Origin: the human T2T-CHM13v2.0 reference genome, Homo sapiens
Assembly: GCF_009914755.1 (NCBI RefSeq)
Contig: NC_060928.1
Reading direction: 5' to 3' (one strand)
Length of the DNA: 64,000 bases
The position numbers and the translations under genes were made by a program. Below, piece after piece: positions 45,701 to 58,214 of this stretch; position 1 is the first letter of the stretch; each line of letters opens with the position of its first letter. A model generated the notes under the pieces. The model did not search any database. It was not told the DNA's origin and saw only the letters and a program-made list of their open reading frames with translations.

Positions 45701-46828
45701 AAGAGCTAGCATTTATTAAAGAGCTTCAAATAGGGCCAACCTGAGGGCAAAATGGCATTGCAAGAGTTGTGAGCTCCGTTCTTTGGTGTCAGCCTGTTCT
45801 TTTCTTGATGTGGATTTGGTTTATGGTATCAGAAAGATGAGAGGGAGAGAGACAATGTGAGCATGTGCAAAGGTAATTTTACGATAATTTCTGGTGGTTC
45901 TGAAGTCTTCTGGCTAACATTCAAGGTTTTGCCTCTGTTCCTTTGCCTCAGAACAGTGCCGAGTGTCTAAGTGGGGCAGACTCTGGAAAAAATGTATTTA
46001 TATTTTACATATAACTACTTATCTCTAGAAAACTCATTATCAGCTTCTCTTTTTCCTATCTAACAAGTCAAGAAGGGCAGTATATATAGATATTGAGGAA
46101 TAAGGTTAAAAGGAAAGAACTATTACACTACATGTGTATGTCTTTAAAGAGCAAAATATTACATGAAAAAACCAGGGGCCTTGAAAGACTGACATCTTTT
46201 TTTATTTGCTACACAGAAATTTTCTGCCTTCTCAATTATTAATAACTTCATATTGTGGCTTTATATGGTGTCATAAGCTGCTAGAATCATAATTTAGTAG
46301 CTCTAACACGAGGACTGACAACAGCACACAATTTCCAGTGATCACGACACCAAGCAGCCCTGTTCCATTGCTACTGAGGGCCCAACACCTTCCCCAGGCT
46401 TTTAATTTCATTACGTAACTTCCCATACACTGCACCAAATGACCCCAAATGCCGTGGACATCTGGCTAAGCCAATCTACTGCCAAACTACCTAGTAGCTA
46501 ACTATGTAGTTTCTTTATTTTAAAACTTGCAAGAAAACAACTCCAGGAAGAGGATAAACTTTTTCAAAGTTTTGTCTTTCTGCTCTTGTATTCCTGTTTA
46601 TCCAGACTGCTTCATCCATTTTGGCAAACTAATCTCTGAAGCCTCAGTAGTTCTAAACCCCACTCATCTGCCCTATTCTTCAACTGTTTTCAGTATTTTC
46701 TTCCTGAGTCTGTCAAAGGTTGCCATCATTCCTCAGAACTGATCCACCATCCAGTGCTGCCAATTCCTCCTTTTTCACAGAGCTGGGTCTGCTCAAGCAG
46801 GTGTCCTCAGCCTCCAGTCTCCATCACC

Positions 46829-47149
46829 TTTTTCTTTTTCTTTTTTTTGGGGGGGAGTGGGGGACAGGGTATTACTTTGTTGCCCAGGCCGAAGTGCAGT
46901 GGTGTGATCTCAGCTCACTATAGCCACAATATCCAGGTTCAAGCAATCCTCCTGCCTCAGCCCCCCAAGGAGCTGAGACTGCAAGCATGCACCACCACGC
47001 CTAATTTTTTGTTGTTGTTATTGTTCTTTTTGTAGAAATGGGGTTTTGCCATGTTGCCCAGGCTGGTCTCGAACTCCTGAGCTCTAATAATCCACCCGCC
47101 TAAACCTTCCAAAGTTCTGGGATTACAGGCGTGAGCCACCGCACCCAAC
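46829..47149 (-). mobile_element. AluJ-like SINE
   Basis: Dimer with a G-rich degenerate tail; flanking repeat cagtctccatc. Confidence 0.9.
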
Positions 47150-47861
47150 ACAGTCTCCATCTAATAGTCTTCCATCACCTGCCTCCTCTCCATGACAACC
47201 TAAATGCCCACCCATCCTTCCCATCCTGCCAAGGCTCAATGTTAGTATTTGATGACAGTCAATTTAGCAATTTCCATTTCTGGTGTCAAATCATTCTCAG
47301 TAACATCAAATCACACAAGTTATATGATCATAACTACACCACGAGTGCAAGTTCTCTGAGAGCAGCTTCATGTCCTAGGACTCTTGGGTATGGTTTCTGA
47401 GCCACTAGGCACAGAGCAGACATCAAAGAGCTGGAGAGCTAGTAGCGTTCAGCTTTGTATGAGGAAGGCCATTCTCCCAATGGTTCTCTGAGCCTGATAG
47501 GCTACATCTAATTTTTATCACACACAGGAAATGAAACACAGGAAGATAAAAATTTTAAATAAAGCTTTAGATTAATATCAAGATGTTAAAGAGGTACTTC
47601 AGGATAGTAATGGTAATTTTTTTTATATATGAAGTTCATTCCTTAAGAAAAAATAGAGATTACCCAATTTCTTTTCCACTAAGGCAACAGAAATTCAAAT
47701 TAAGGTTTCAACTTGGAATGGGTAAGAGTTAATTATTTAGAGTATAGCAAGATAACTGTTAAATTATAATGTGCTCTTCCTGAGTATTCTAAAGCCAGAG
47801 TTGTTGCCCTACTTTTTGATGGGTAAAAATAGTTGGTATCTGATATTACTCTGTGAGAGGC

Positions 47862-48120
47862 AATATAGCTGATGTGTTAAGTACATACAATCAGAAGGCC
47901 TGGGCTGCCTGGGTTCAAATCCCAACTGCATCTCTTCCTTCTTACTGGGTGACCTTGGACAAGTTATTTACTACATGCACGACTCAGTGGATGGATCTCT
48001 AAAATGAGGATAGATAATAACCCCACACATTTGATAGAATTATCAAGAGGATTAAAATGTGAATAGACAATCAAGTTCCTAGCGTAAAGAGCACAAACTC
48101 CTCAATAAATACTTATTATT
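47862..48120 (+). mobile_element. MIR SINE
   Basis: ctgcctgggttcaaatccca...gtgaccttggacaagttattt...aaaatgaggata...ctcaataaata. Confidence 0.8.
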
Positions 48121-49429
48121 TTTAAAAATTAAAGGATCATACCTTTAAGTCTTGTTAAGAAATAGTCAATGTTTTCCCTATGACAACAATTGTTGAGGGA
48201 GTTTAGATTCAACGATATTACCTTTCCAAACTCATGAAACTTTGGCTTAAGAAGGCTATTATGAGAAATAAATGAGATAAAATATGAAGTACTTGGCACA
48301 GAGCCTGTACCTGGTAAGTACTCAGTAGCTATTCTTATAGGACCAGGTGGGAGACAGAACTAAGTATTCTTCTCAAAACCACTACTTAAGTCTATACCAA
48401 ACTATTCTATTAGTACCAATGGGAGAGTTACTTTTTAAATCTTAGGATACAAATCAGATGAAAAGAGCAGGCACATTAAAACCAAAGTAGCTCATGAAAA
48501 TTTTCTTATAAACAGGCAATTCCCTAAACTAGTTTTTAAGAACATCATAAGTCAGGTGACTGTTCATTGGCTTTGGGTTGACTGCTAGAAAGCTGAGTGC
48601 CAAATAAGTGGCCAGACTCGACAAAGGCCTTGAGACATATATTCTTTATATCATCTCCATTCTTGGCTCAGTTTTTCCCTCTCTTGCTCTAATCTTCCCT
48701 TCCTGTTGTTTTTTTTGTTTCACTTAAATTTCATTTTGACTCATGGAAATCTGTGAGCCACCTTGGATTATTTTCTGGAACAAGATGGGTTGTAAACAAA
48801 CACATAAACTTGGGAAATAATTTTCAAAATTACATACTGTGCTCCTGACTTAGAGTTTTCAAATTTGCCATGTGAAGTTGTACCTTGATTTAAAATTTAA
48901 GCTACAAGCAGCTGTCTTTGGATAATACTAATTTACTTTTGGCTCACACATCCCTATTTCAAATCATTTTCTAATAAATTACTTCAACATATTTTCCACT
49001 TTGGAGAAACAAGTGGCATGGTGACAGAAACAAGGGCGAACCCCATTCACATAAGTAGTTACCAACAACACATCAACCAGTGTTCTCTGAGCACCTGCTG
49101 CAAGCTGGGTGTTGCCTCTGCACTGGTTTGCAAACCAGATTCCCTCAATATCATGTTTGGTTTGGGGCTCTGGGCTGATTAACATTCATAATAATCAAGG
49201 CATAATGATAAAGAACCAAACCTAGGATTGAAAACTGCATAGATTCAATAATGTCTGAAGTTCAGCAAAAATGGTGAATCATCAAAGTAACTAAGACTTT
49301 TCTGTGTGCAAGTTGGAAATAGAAGGAGAGAGACTAGTTATTCACACACGTGTGCCACGCATGCACTCAATGTTCTAGACTTATGTTCTTTAAGGTTCTA
49401 ACGTTGGCCTGCTCTGTCTCTCTGAATAC

Positions 49430-50420
49430 TGATTTCTTGGCCATCTGCATCCACTTTCATGGATGATGATTCTGAAATCCTTATTTTTAATCTTGCCTTG
49501 TTTCCCAAGCTTCAAAATTAGATATCCAACTACCTCTTAGATATACCTGAATGTCCCATAGGTACTTCAAACTTGTCCTAAACCAAACCTCATCCAACTC
49601 CCCTTTATCCTAACAATGGTTTTTTTCCCCCATAGCCAATCACCTTTTCATATGTTACATAAATAACTCATTTGTTATGCTTAATCTTTTCATCACCCCC
49701 TCACTAGAATGTAAGCTCTACCAAGGCAGGGATCGTTGTCCAAGATGTCTCCAGCTATGCTTAGAAAGGTACCTGGCATTTAGTAGGTATTGAGTAAATG
49801 TTTGCTGAGCAAATGAACCTTTCATCCCTTGCCCTCAGAGCTGCCCCTGCTCCAGTATTCCTTATCTCAGTGAACGGCGTTAGCAGCCAAGCCTGGGGAG
49901 TCATCCTAGATCTTTGCTTCTTCTCTTCCAATATAGAGCTGTCCATGCTACTTTTCAGATGGTCTTACTATCTGCCCGCCCTCTCAATCCCTGATAGCCC
50001 TGGTCTAGGTCCATCCTAGGTCATTTCTAGCTCAAGTGATGAAAACAGCCACCATTTAAACAAGTATACCTCACAACAGCCAGATCTTAAGTGCAAAACT
50101 GAGCTTATCGTTCTGCTGCATGAAAACATTCAGAGGTTCTGTTTTGCTTAAGGATGAATTCAGACCTTCCTTGGAGTCCAGGACCTGGTCCCAATCTGCT
50201 CATTTAACCTCACTTCCTATCACTTCACATATGAAAGTTTATACAGTGGTAACACAAAATTGCTTCTGGTGCCCTGTGCAACAACAGTCTGTTCTTAAGG
50301 TCCCTCAGCAAGGCCAAGTCTGATCTCTCAAGATTCAGCATGGGGGTCAATTGTTGGAGAAACCTTCCCTGACCTTTCAGGGTGGCCTAAATGTCATGGC
50401 TCTATGTGTTCCCATAACAA
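49430..50420 (+). mobile_element. L2 fragments
   Basis: atatccaactacctcttagatat, cactagaatgtaagctc...acctggcatttagtaggtattgagtaaatgtttgctga, ctggggagtcatcctaga. Confidence 0.7.
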
Positions 50421-52314
50421 CCAACTGAAGGGATATCACACATCTGGGCAAACATTTGCCATTAGCACGACAGCCTTATGCTTATGGAAGGAGGAAAGGA
50501 GTGTTCATTAAAATCATAGATATAACCTACTGGGTAGGTATTTATTTAGGCTCTTACGGTAAATAATTAGAAAGAGTCAGGTTACCTGGTTCCTAAATTC
50601 TGAAAAAGGAGAAAAGAAAAAATATCTTTAAGGTGTTTCATAAGAAAGCAGTAAGCAGACAGTCCTTGGTTTCCTATATCTGACACAGCAAATATTGTGG
50701 TTGTGACAATAGGCTCAGATGCTCATAAGCTTCCTGTACATGATTCATGGAAACACCAGGGACTGTATCTTAAATCATTAATTAAAAACATCTAATAAAT
50801 ATACATTAAATTATTCCCCCTACTTTATCAGTTAACTGTACATTGCCAGCTATAAGGAGATAGCTATATTTGAATTATTACGTAATATTAATATTAATAA
50901 CATTCTGATTTAGCTTGAGTCCACTACAATGAAGTTCTCTGTTTTGTGGCACAAATGCTCACTGCCCCCCCCAACACACACCTCCCACCTGCTGGCACCC
51001 TCACTTGTTCTTCCCTCTTGCTCATGAGTGTGTGCACACACAGCATTGACAGGGATAATGTGGTTTATGACACAGTGAAACACACTTTCCTCTGGAACTG
51101 TTCAGTTTACTCATTAATTTTAAAGAACCAAAGAAAACTAATGATTCATAAACCACTACATTTCCTTAAAAATATTTCCTCTCATAGAATACACAATCAT
51201 AAATTTAAAGATCTTTAAAATGTATGCTGTGAACTGAACTACATGGAAAAGAAATGAGGTACTCGTTCACAGGCTTGGCTGTCTGAAAATATTGCCTATT
51301 TGAAAAACCCCAAGATTAACTTGTAATTGTATCTTTTACAGCCATTTAGTTTCAAGATATAGACCTAAGTCTCTTCCTTCAAGGGAAATGTGTGAGTGTG
51401 GAAACTGACATCATACAATTTGGCTGACCTTACCAAAATATGGACTCTTAGGTCTGCTTAAACAATTTAAATCCAGTTGACTTTACATAATAATGAGCTC
51501 TCTTTCTCTTTTACAGCCATATAACTATTTAGAGATTTGTGGTAGCTGTGTCTTCCAGACACTGCATACATACTGAGTCTTCAAAAAGGAAATTAGGTTA
51601 TAAAATAGTGTGCTGAATCTAGTCAACTCTGTTCACTGAGGAATCACAAAGTAAAAAACACAGATGAGATGGAACTAATGGCAATTTACAGTTGGAAAGA
51701 AACTAAGAAAGTCAAAATTCAGACAAAAATGAGAAATTACAGATTAGAAGTCAAAAGGCCTACACAAATTCTTCAGCTAATTCAATTGACAATTTACTGG
51801 GTGGGGGAAGTCATCCAACCTTGATTGCTCTTATGTCACATGGAAATTCATTCAAACATTTATTTGGTGGCTACTAAATATCCACAGCCTTGCTAGATTA
51901 TTGAGATAAGACTCTGCCTTCTCTAAAAACTTCTAACAGAAGAGGCAAAGCCTGGTTGAGGGCTCTCAGTATTTTCTCAACTGTGAGACTCCCAACTGTG
52001 GGACTGCCACAGAGGCTTGTTACAGGAGTAAATCTCAACAGTTCAGTCTGCACTGGAAAAGCCCCTCTAGGACATTTCCACAGATCCCCATTCTCCACAC
52101 ACAGCCTTTGAGAACTGCTAGTTTAGAAGGATCTTGCCACCTCAAAGGGCAGCTCTCAGGACAAAATAACATTACAGGAATAATGAAGATCTAACAAAGG
52201 AAAATGAAGGACTGAAAAATGACGACCTAACAACTCAATGTGATTGTATCATTTACATCATCTCTCTACGTGAACATCACCAGGAACTTTGGCATTTGTT
52301 CATAGAGGATAGTA

Positions 52315-52540
52315 ATAATCTAGTATTTTGGTGCTACTTTATAATTTATAAAATCTGTACAAACATTTTCAGGTAATTTTTCACAGCAATGTTCGGGTAG
52401 GGCAACACTACTTCTCCATTTATAGACAAAGAAACTGAGGCCCAGAGAAGTTTTAAATAACTTGCCTTAATCTCACACCTAGTGAGTGACGTAAAAAATT
52501 AAAACTAGGTTTCTGACCCTTGAAGCCAGTCTAGCTTCCA
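52315..52540 (-). mobile_element. MIR SINE
   Basis: ccatttatagacaaagaaactgaggcccagagaagtt...aacttgcc. Confidence 0.75.
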
Positions 52541-54299
52541 CCACAAGGGAGAACCCTTTTTTTAAGTTATTATTATTTCTTTAAGACAGGAAGGTTCTGA
52601 AAATCTTCAAGGCAAATAAGTGATTCAAATTTAAAATGAACGTATAAACCATTTGTAAGGTACAATAATATGGCTACTAACTGACATTATTGGCAAAGAA
52701 GTTATTTTGGAAGACAGTTCTAAGTGTTTTTATATTAAATGTTTAAGAAGAAGAAAAGAACACACATACATCCCATTAAACAGAGCACACACACACAAAA
52801 ATTTATACTTTAAAATCATAATTTACAGTCTGCATAGTCACTGCTATGCTATTTTAGCAAGCTTTAGGGTGACACACTCTAGATCATAAAGCCTTAAGGA
52901 CATCAACTCAAAACTCAGGCTGGTGTGTTTTTCCTCTTGTCTGCTCTCTAGGGATTATCTTCATGTTCTGTTCCTGGTGCCATTATTTCCTTTTAGCTTT
53001 AAATGACTTCCCTCAAATCAGCTCCCTCTACCCACTTTGCCCAGAATTCTCTGCTTCTGTAATCTAACGAGGGGCTTAGGGATGTCAAGGGACATTGGAA
53101 AACAAACTTAGTAAATATTTAAATATACAAACATACATCCATACATATATATGTATATACATACAAAGTCACATATATACACAGACTAAGACTACTAAAC
53201 TGTGCCTTCTTAGTGCTTAGATCACTTCCTTTATTAGAGTCAAGGAGGCATGAATAGACTAACATATAGGTTATAATTTTCATGAACTCAAGAACTGATA
53301 TGGCAAAATAGCAAGGCTATATTATGAGATTTAGAATCCAGACTTTAGGTTAGGTGTAGGTTTGGAGTCCTATGACTTGAGTAAGGGTCTAACTTTGGCC
53401 TTAGGATTAGGAATAGATTGGGTGGACTAAGTTTGATCCTAAATGTCTTCATCTAGAAAAGGAAAATAAAATGACACCTATATACCATGATTTTGTGAAA
53501 TGAGTTTTACAAATATTATAAAGTTTTATAAAAATAATCTCATTAATTAAAAAATATTTTATATAAAGATAGCCATCTTTTTCACATATTTAATCTCTCT
53601 CATACACATGGGATAAAAGAGTAAACTAACAAAAAATACAAAAACACAAAAACAAATAGGTCTTTACTCTCATGAATTTTAGATTTTAAATTAACAGCAT
53701 TGTTTCAAGCAGGTGAATGATTAAAGTCTAATTCCCAAATCAATACAAAATAAACTATATTAATACAAGTCTTAAAAGGCATTTACCAAGTTTCATTATC
53801 CATGGATCGATCAGCTTTCCAATGAAGGAAAAAGTTGCACCTGCATTTAGGTTTTTGTATGTTTATAACTGAGTTATAAAAATAATTCCCTAGGTAATTC
53901 CACAGAAACTACTTAAAACAAGAAAAACTAAGCAAGAACTTCTAGAAACCTTTTGCTTCAGAAGTAGAGAAGGGGCAGATTCTACAAACAGCCAAAATGT
54001 GGGTTCTGACATGAAGGTGGATCTACAGGTAGGGCCAGCTGGCCAACTGCCTGCTCCAAAATGTCCTTCTCCACATCACTTTATTTTGACATACCACTTA
54101 CTTTGTTTACTAATTAAGTGAGCCAGAAAGAGGAATTCTTACATTGGAAAGCACAAAGTGGCCTTAGAAAGATGCCAGATGTAAATCTCACCTATTTATC
54201 TTTTACTGAACCAATCATCTAATTAAGGAAAGAGAGAAGGAGGCAGGGGAAGCCTCACAAAAGCAAACTGACTTCAGTATTGTGCAAATTTATTTTTCC

Positions 54300-54780
54300 T
54301 ACTTTCTGAAAAATTGGCCTTCTGGTAACAGAACCCACATTTTCCTAAGGGAAACGTCCTTCCCCATTCTTGGTCTAGATGGTTCAGGTTGTCCGACTCC
54401 AGCCAGAACCAGCCTATCTGATCACTACATTTTCCAGCCACAGGCACTGGGGCAGAGGTGGGCATGTGAGCCAAGTTCAATCTGAGGAGATTCCACTGGG
54501 AGCTTTTATAGGAATTGCTAGGAACAGAAAACCTCTTTTTAATGGAGGTCTGGTAGCTGTCTCAGCACCATGAGAGAACGTGCATGAGAACAGAGCCAGA
54601 ACAAAACCAAGCGACTGAGCGAGCGGGATTGAGTTCTAACGACCTGGCTTAAGACCATGGCTTGCCTGAAGCCAAGCCTACGCTGGGACTTTCCAGTATG
54701 TGAGCCAATGAATTTCCATCGGTGCTTAAGCCAGTTTGCTGTATTTTCTATCACCTGTAACCAAGAGCTCATAATCCTGA
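54300..54780 (+). mobile_element. MLT1 (J/K-like) MaLR LTR
   Basis: gggcatgtgagccaa...gggactttccagtatgtgagccaat...gcttaagccagtttg...tcacctgtaaccaagag. Confidence 0.75.
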
Positions 54781-55817
54781 GAAAGAATTACTGAGCTCCT
54801 TTTACCAATTCAATGCTAGGTTTGAGGACTACCAAATAATTAATTGTGTAAATAATGTAAAAATCATGTAATATCAATTAATGCAAAATCAATCTCAAGA
54901 GAAAGAATAATTACTTGGTTAACTTTTTCATTCCACAACTAAAGATATGACCTTGTGGTCTCTGGCAAAACACAGGGAAAACATTCAAGCCACTTATGTT
55001 TAAGCTTCTGAAGCACCAAGTCATCTCTAAGAAAACTTCTCTGAGGAATAAACCTTAGGGAGTCTTCATGTGGAGCCCCTTAGTGAATGTAATTGTCCAT
55101 TACACAATGAATCTTTTACTAATAGCAAAAATTCTACACTTTCACCAGACATAGTTTGCAACATCAATAAAACCATCTGGTCTAAGTCTGATGGTAACTA
55201 ACTGCTTATAAGTGAGGATGGGGAAAGGTAAAAATAAATTAAAGACCATTTCTCCTTAAGGAGTACGATTTTGGGGCAGAAGCAAAAGCTAGCCTAACTG
55301 TGCATAGTGAATCTCAGTCAGGTTTTTCATTTAATATGCTCATTTGGAAACTTTCAGGAGGAATAAAGGTGAGACTCACACAGGGACCTGGAGCTTGAAC
55401 CAGCTGGTAAATGAAATTATTCTGTATGAAACACAAATCACAGACTTGATTCTGATATTAACGTTTTAATTTGCCACAAACACATATTTATACAGAAACC
55501 CAGAAAAGGCAGAAATCATGTATTCTGTGTGTGCCTAGTAAAACTTCTATTCCAGATCACATAAATTAAATTTACAATGACAAGGAATTATTTTTCTGAG
55601 TCTTACTGAAAAACAAACTGTGACAAACAACAAAAAAACCTCTTTGGTTGATCCTTGCTCAGAATTTCAAATTTTGCTCATTAAATATTGCTTTGTGGAA
55701 AATCTCCAGATGGTTTTTATACAAGGCACTATTACTGTTTATCACTGACAGATTAAATCAAAAATCTTTTTGAAGAATTCCCAATAATGCTATAGCATTA
55801 GCTGTACAAGTAAACTA

Positions 55818-56024
<207 letters not shown>

Positions 56025-57004
56025 TTAAATAACTACACCGTAAAGGCACATTTAACATGCTGCACAGCTTAGCTCAAAATTTGTCAATAATCATGGTTCG
56101 ATACAAGAATTCAGTGTGTAATGACCACATACTATGTGACTTAGCAAAATAAAGGTAAAACCCGAGGAGTGGAGCAATGCTATCAAGGTTATTGTGTAGC
56201 AAAGCCTCTTCTCAGTACTGAGAAATAAGAAATAATCAAATGTAAATCTCTTTCCTTCTTTTCCTATTTTTGGAGAAGGTTTATCAAAAAATCACACTAT
56301 TTGCACTTTAAGTGGGCAGGGCAAAGAATCTTGAACCAAGTCATCAGGGATGTATTTGCTGTCCTTTTATTTTTGCATCAAAGAGCTATTATAATATTAC
56401 TCAACACTCTTCAGACTCACAGATCTCAATTATGCCAAAAAAATTTTAAACCTCCCCTTTCCAAAATAATCCACTAATTTAAAAAAATTTTATCTTGTCT
56501 CAACTGCCAGTAATTTTATCCCTCTAAGCTCCCGCATTTTTTCATGTTATCTTATATAGATGTGTTCTAATTATTTCATTTTGCTTTCTAATTTGAAGGG
56601 ACACAGCCAATAATAAAACAAAAAACCAAACAGGGTAAATATCTCAGGTATCTTTCATGGTAAGAAACTGAAGGGCTCTCTGGGAAACAGTTTTTAGGGA
56701 CAAATGTAACCCTTTAGGCAACAATCTGTTTGAATACTTTTTAAGGGGAATCTTCTCAAGATATATTATATAGTACTGTGTTAGTTGATGACACTCCCTA
56801 AACAAAATGTTTTAACTTCTGATAAGGAATCATAGTTCAGTGACAGTTTAGATATGTACCAAGCAGGCAAACAAGTTGATTTTTCAATTTGCAGTTCACA
56901 TACATTTCTTGAATATTTACCTGCAGATCCTGTGCAAGATACCAAGAGAAAAAATACAAAAATCCAGTCTCTGCCCTCAAAGTTGGTGGGGGCATAAACT
57001 ATTA

Positions 57005-57048
57005 TGAAGATCTAGTAGCAACACTTCATAAAGTAGAACTGGGGAAAG
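57005..57048 (-). repeat. 44-bp diverged copy of the intron 2/exon 3 junction (55971-56014)
   Basis: tgaagatctagtagcaacacttcataaagtagaactggggaaag versus tgaagatccagtagaaacacttcgtaaagtagagctggggaaag: 40/44 identical, no gaps, same orientation, offset 1034 bp. Confidence 0.93.
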
Positions 57049-57050
57049 TG

Positions 57051-57380
57051 CTATGGTGCACTATGGTCAGCGCTATGGTGCACTATGGTAAGCGCTATGG
57101 TAAGCCCTATGGTGCACTATGGTAAGCGCTATGGTGCACTATGGTCAGCGCTATGGTGCACTATGGTAAGCGCTATGGTGCGCTATGGTAAGTGCTATGG
57201 TGCGCTATGGTAAGCGCTATGGTGCGCTATGGTAAGCCCTATGGTGTGCTATGGTAAGCGCTATGGTGCGCTATGGTCAGTGCTATGGTGCGCTATGGTC
57301 AGTGCTATGGTGCGCTATGGTAAGCGCTATGGTGCGCTACGGTCAGTGCTATGGTGCACTATGGTAAGCACTATGGTGCA
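57051..57380. repeat. Minisatellite, 22-bp higher-order unit (10-mer CTATGGTGCR + 12-mer CTATGGTMAGYG)
   Basis: Parsed by hand as 15 short + 15 long units = 330 bp, alternating except for two adjacent long units at 57083-57106. Confidence 0.97.
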
Positions 57381-58214
57381 GGGTAACGGGGGCAGCACAC
57401 TATGAATAAAGGAATTACAAAACACTTCCCGAAATGTGACAGCTAACCTGAGTTTTGAAGCATGACTAGGTGAGAGCCAGAGTAAGAAAGGGGGCAGAGG
57501 TGGAAGAATGTGCAGAAGGGGGCTCAGAGAAATGGGAGCTGGATGGGCTCAGAAAACTGGATAGAGTTGCTGTATGTCACTTCTATCACCTTGCTGTCAA
57601 AGCTTTTGCCTCCAAGCCAAACAGCAGAAACATGGAAAAATGTCAATGAAAAGGCTAAAATGGTTATGTTACAGTGAAGATTTATTTTTCAAGTCTGCTA
57701 AAATGTGATAATAATGCGTTAATATTTGTTTAAAGTATTTTGAACTATACTCTCACGAAAAACAGAGGAAAGAACAAGCTATACAGCTGCTTAGAGCATG
57801 ACTGCCTTTCTAGAAAATGACTTCTTAAATCAAGGACTGAAATAATGTTCTCCAAAGTTGTTTCTCCTTCTGAGAAAAGTGCTCTTTATTATTTTTATTG
57901 GTATCCTTTGACTTCTTTATGGCATTCAAAACATTCCATTTCTGCACCAGTAACTTCTTCAACATATTAGCCAGTAAAACTTAATCCATACCCTGTCTGA
58001 CTCATCTTACACTTCACAAGAAAATGCCACGGTTTTGTAAATATTTAGAATATAACTTAAAATCATCATGAAAATGTAATTGCTTTTTCACAACTATAAG
58101 CATAAGCGGGATTTTTATTTGACATTTCTGTGGGCCTTGATCCCAGTACTATTTTATTGGGATCTTACCTTCAGTCTTTGGAACTCTCCTCTTTTTCTAT
58201 CCCAACTTACTTTC

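Noticed and set aside
50280-50295. GRE/MRE-like acaacaGTCtgttct (possible autoregulation)
   Set aside because: Lacks the critical G of the left half-site and lies in L2-derived sequence. I found no perfect RGNACAnnnTGTNCY by eye.
57051-57380. Regularly spaced repeat resembling a CRISPR array
   Set aside because: The units are contiguous with only 3-5 variable nt and no unique spacers. There are no cas genes and the context is a primate intron, so it is a minisatellite.
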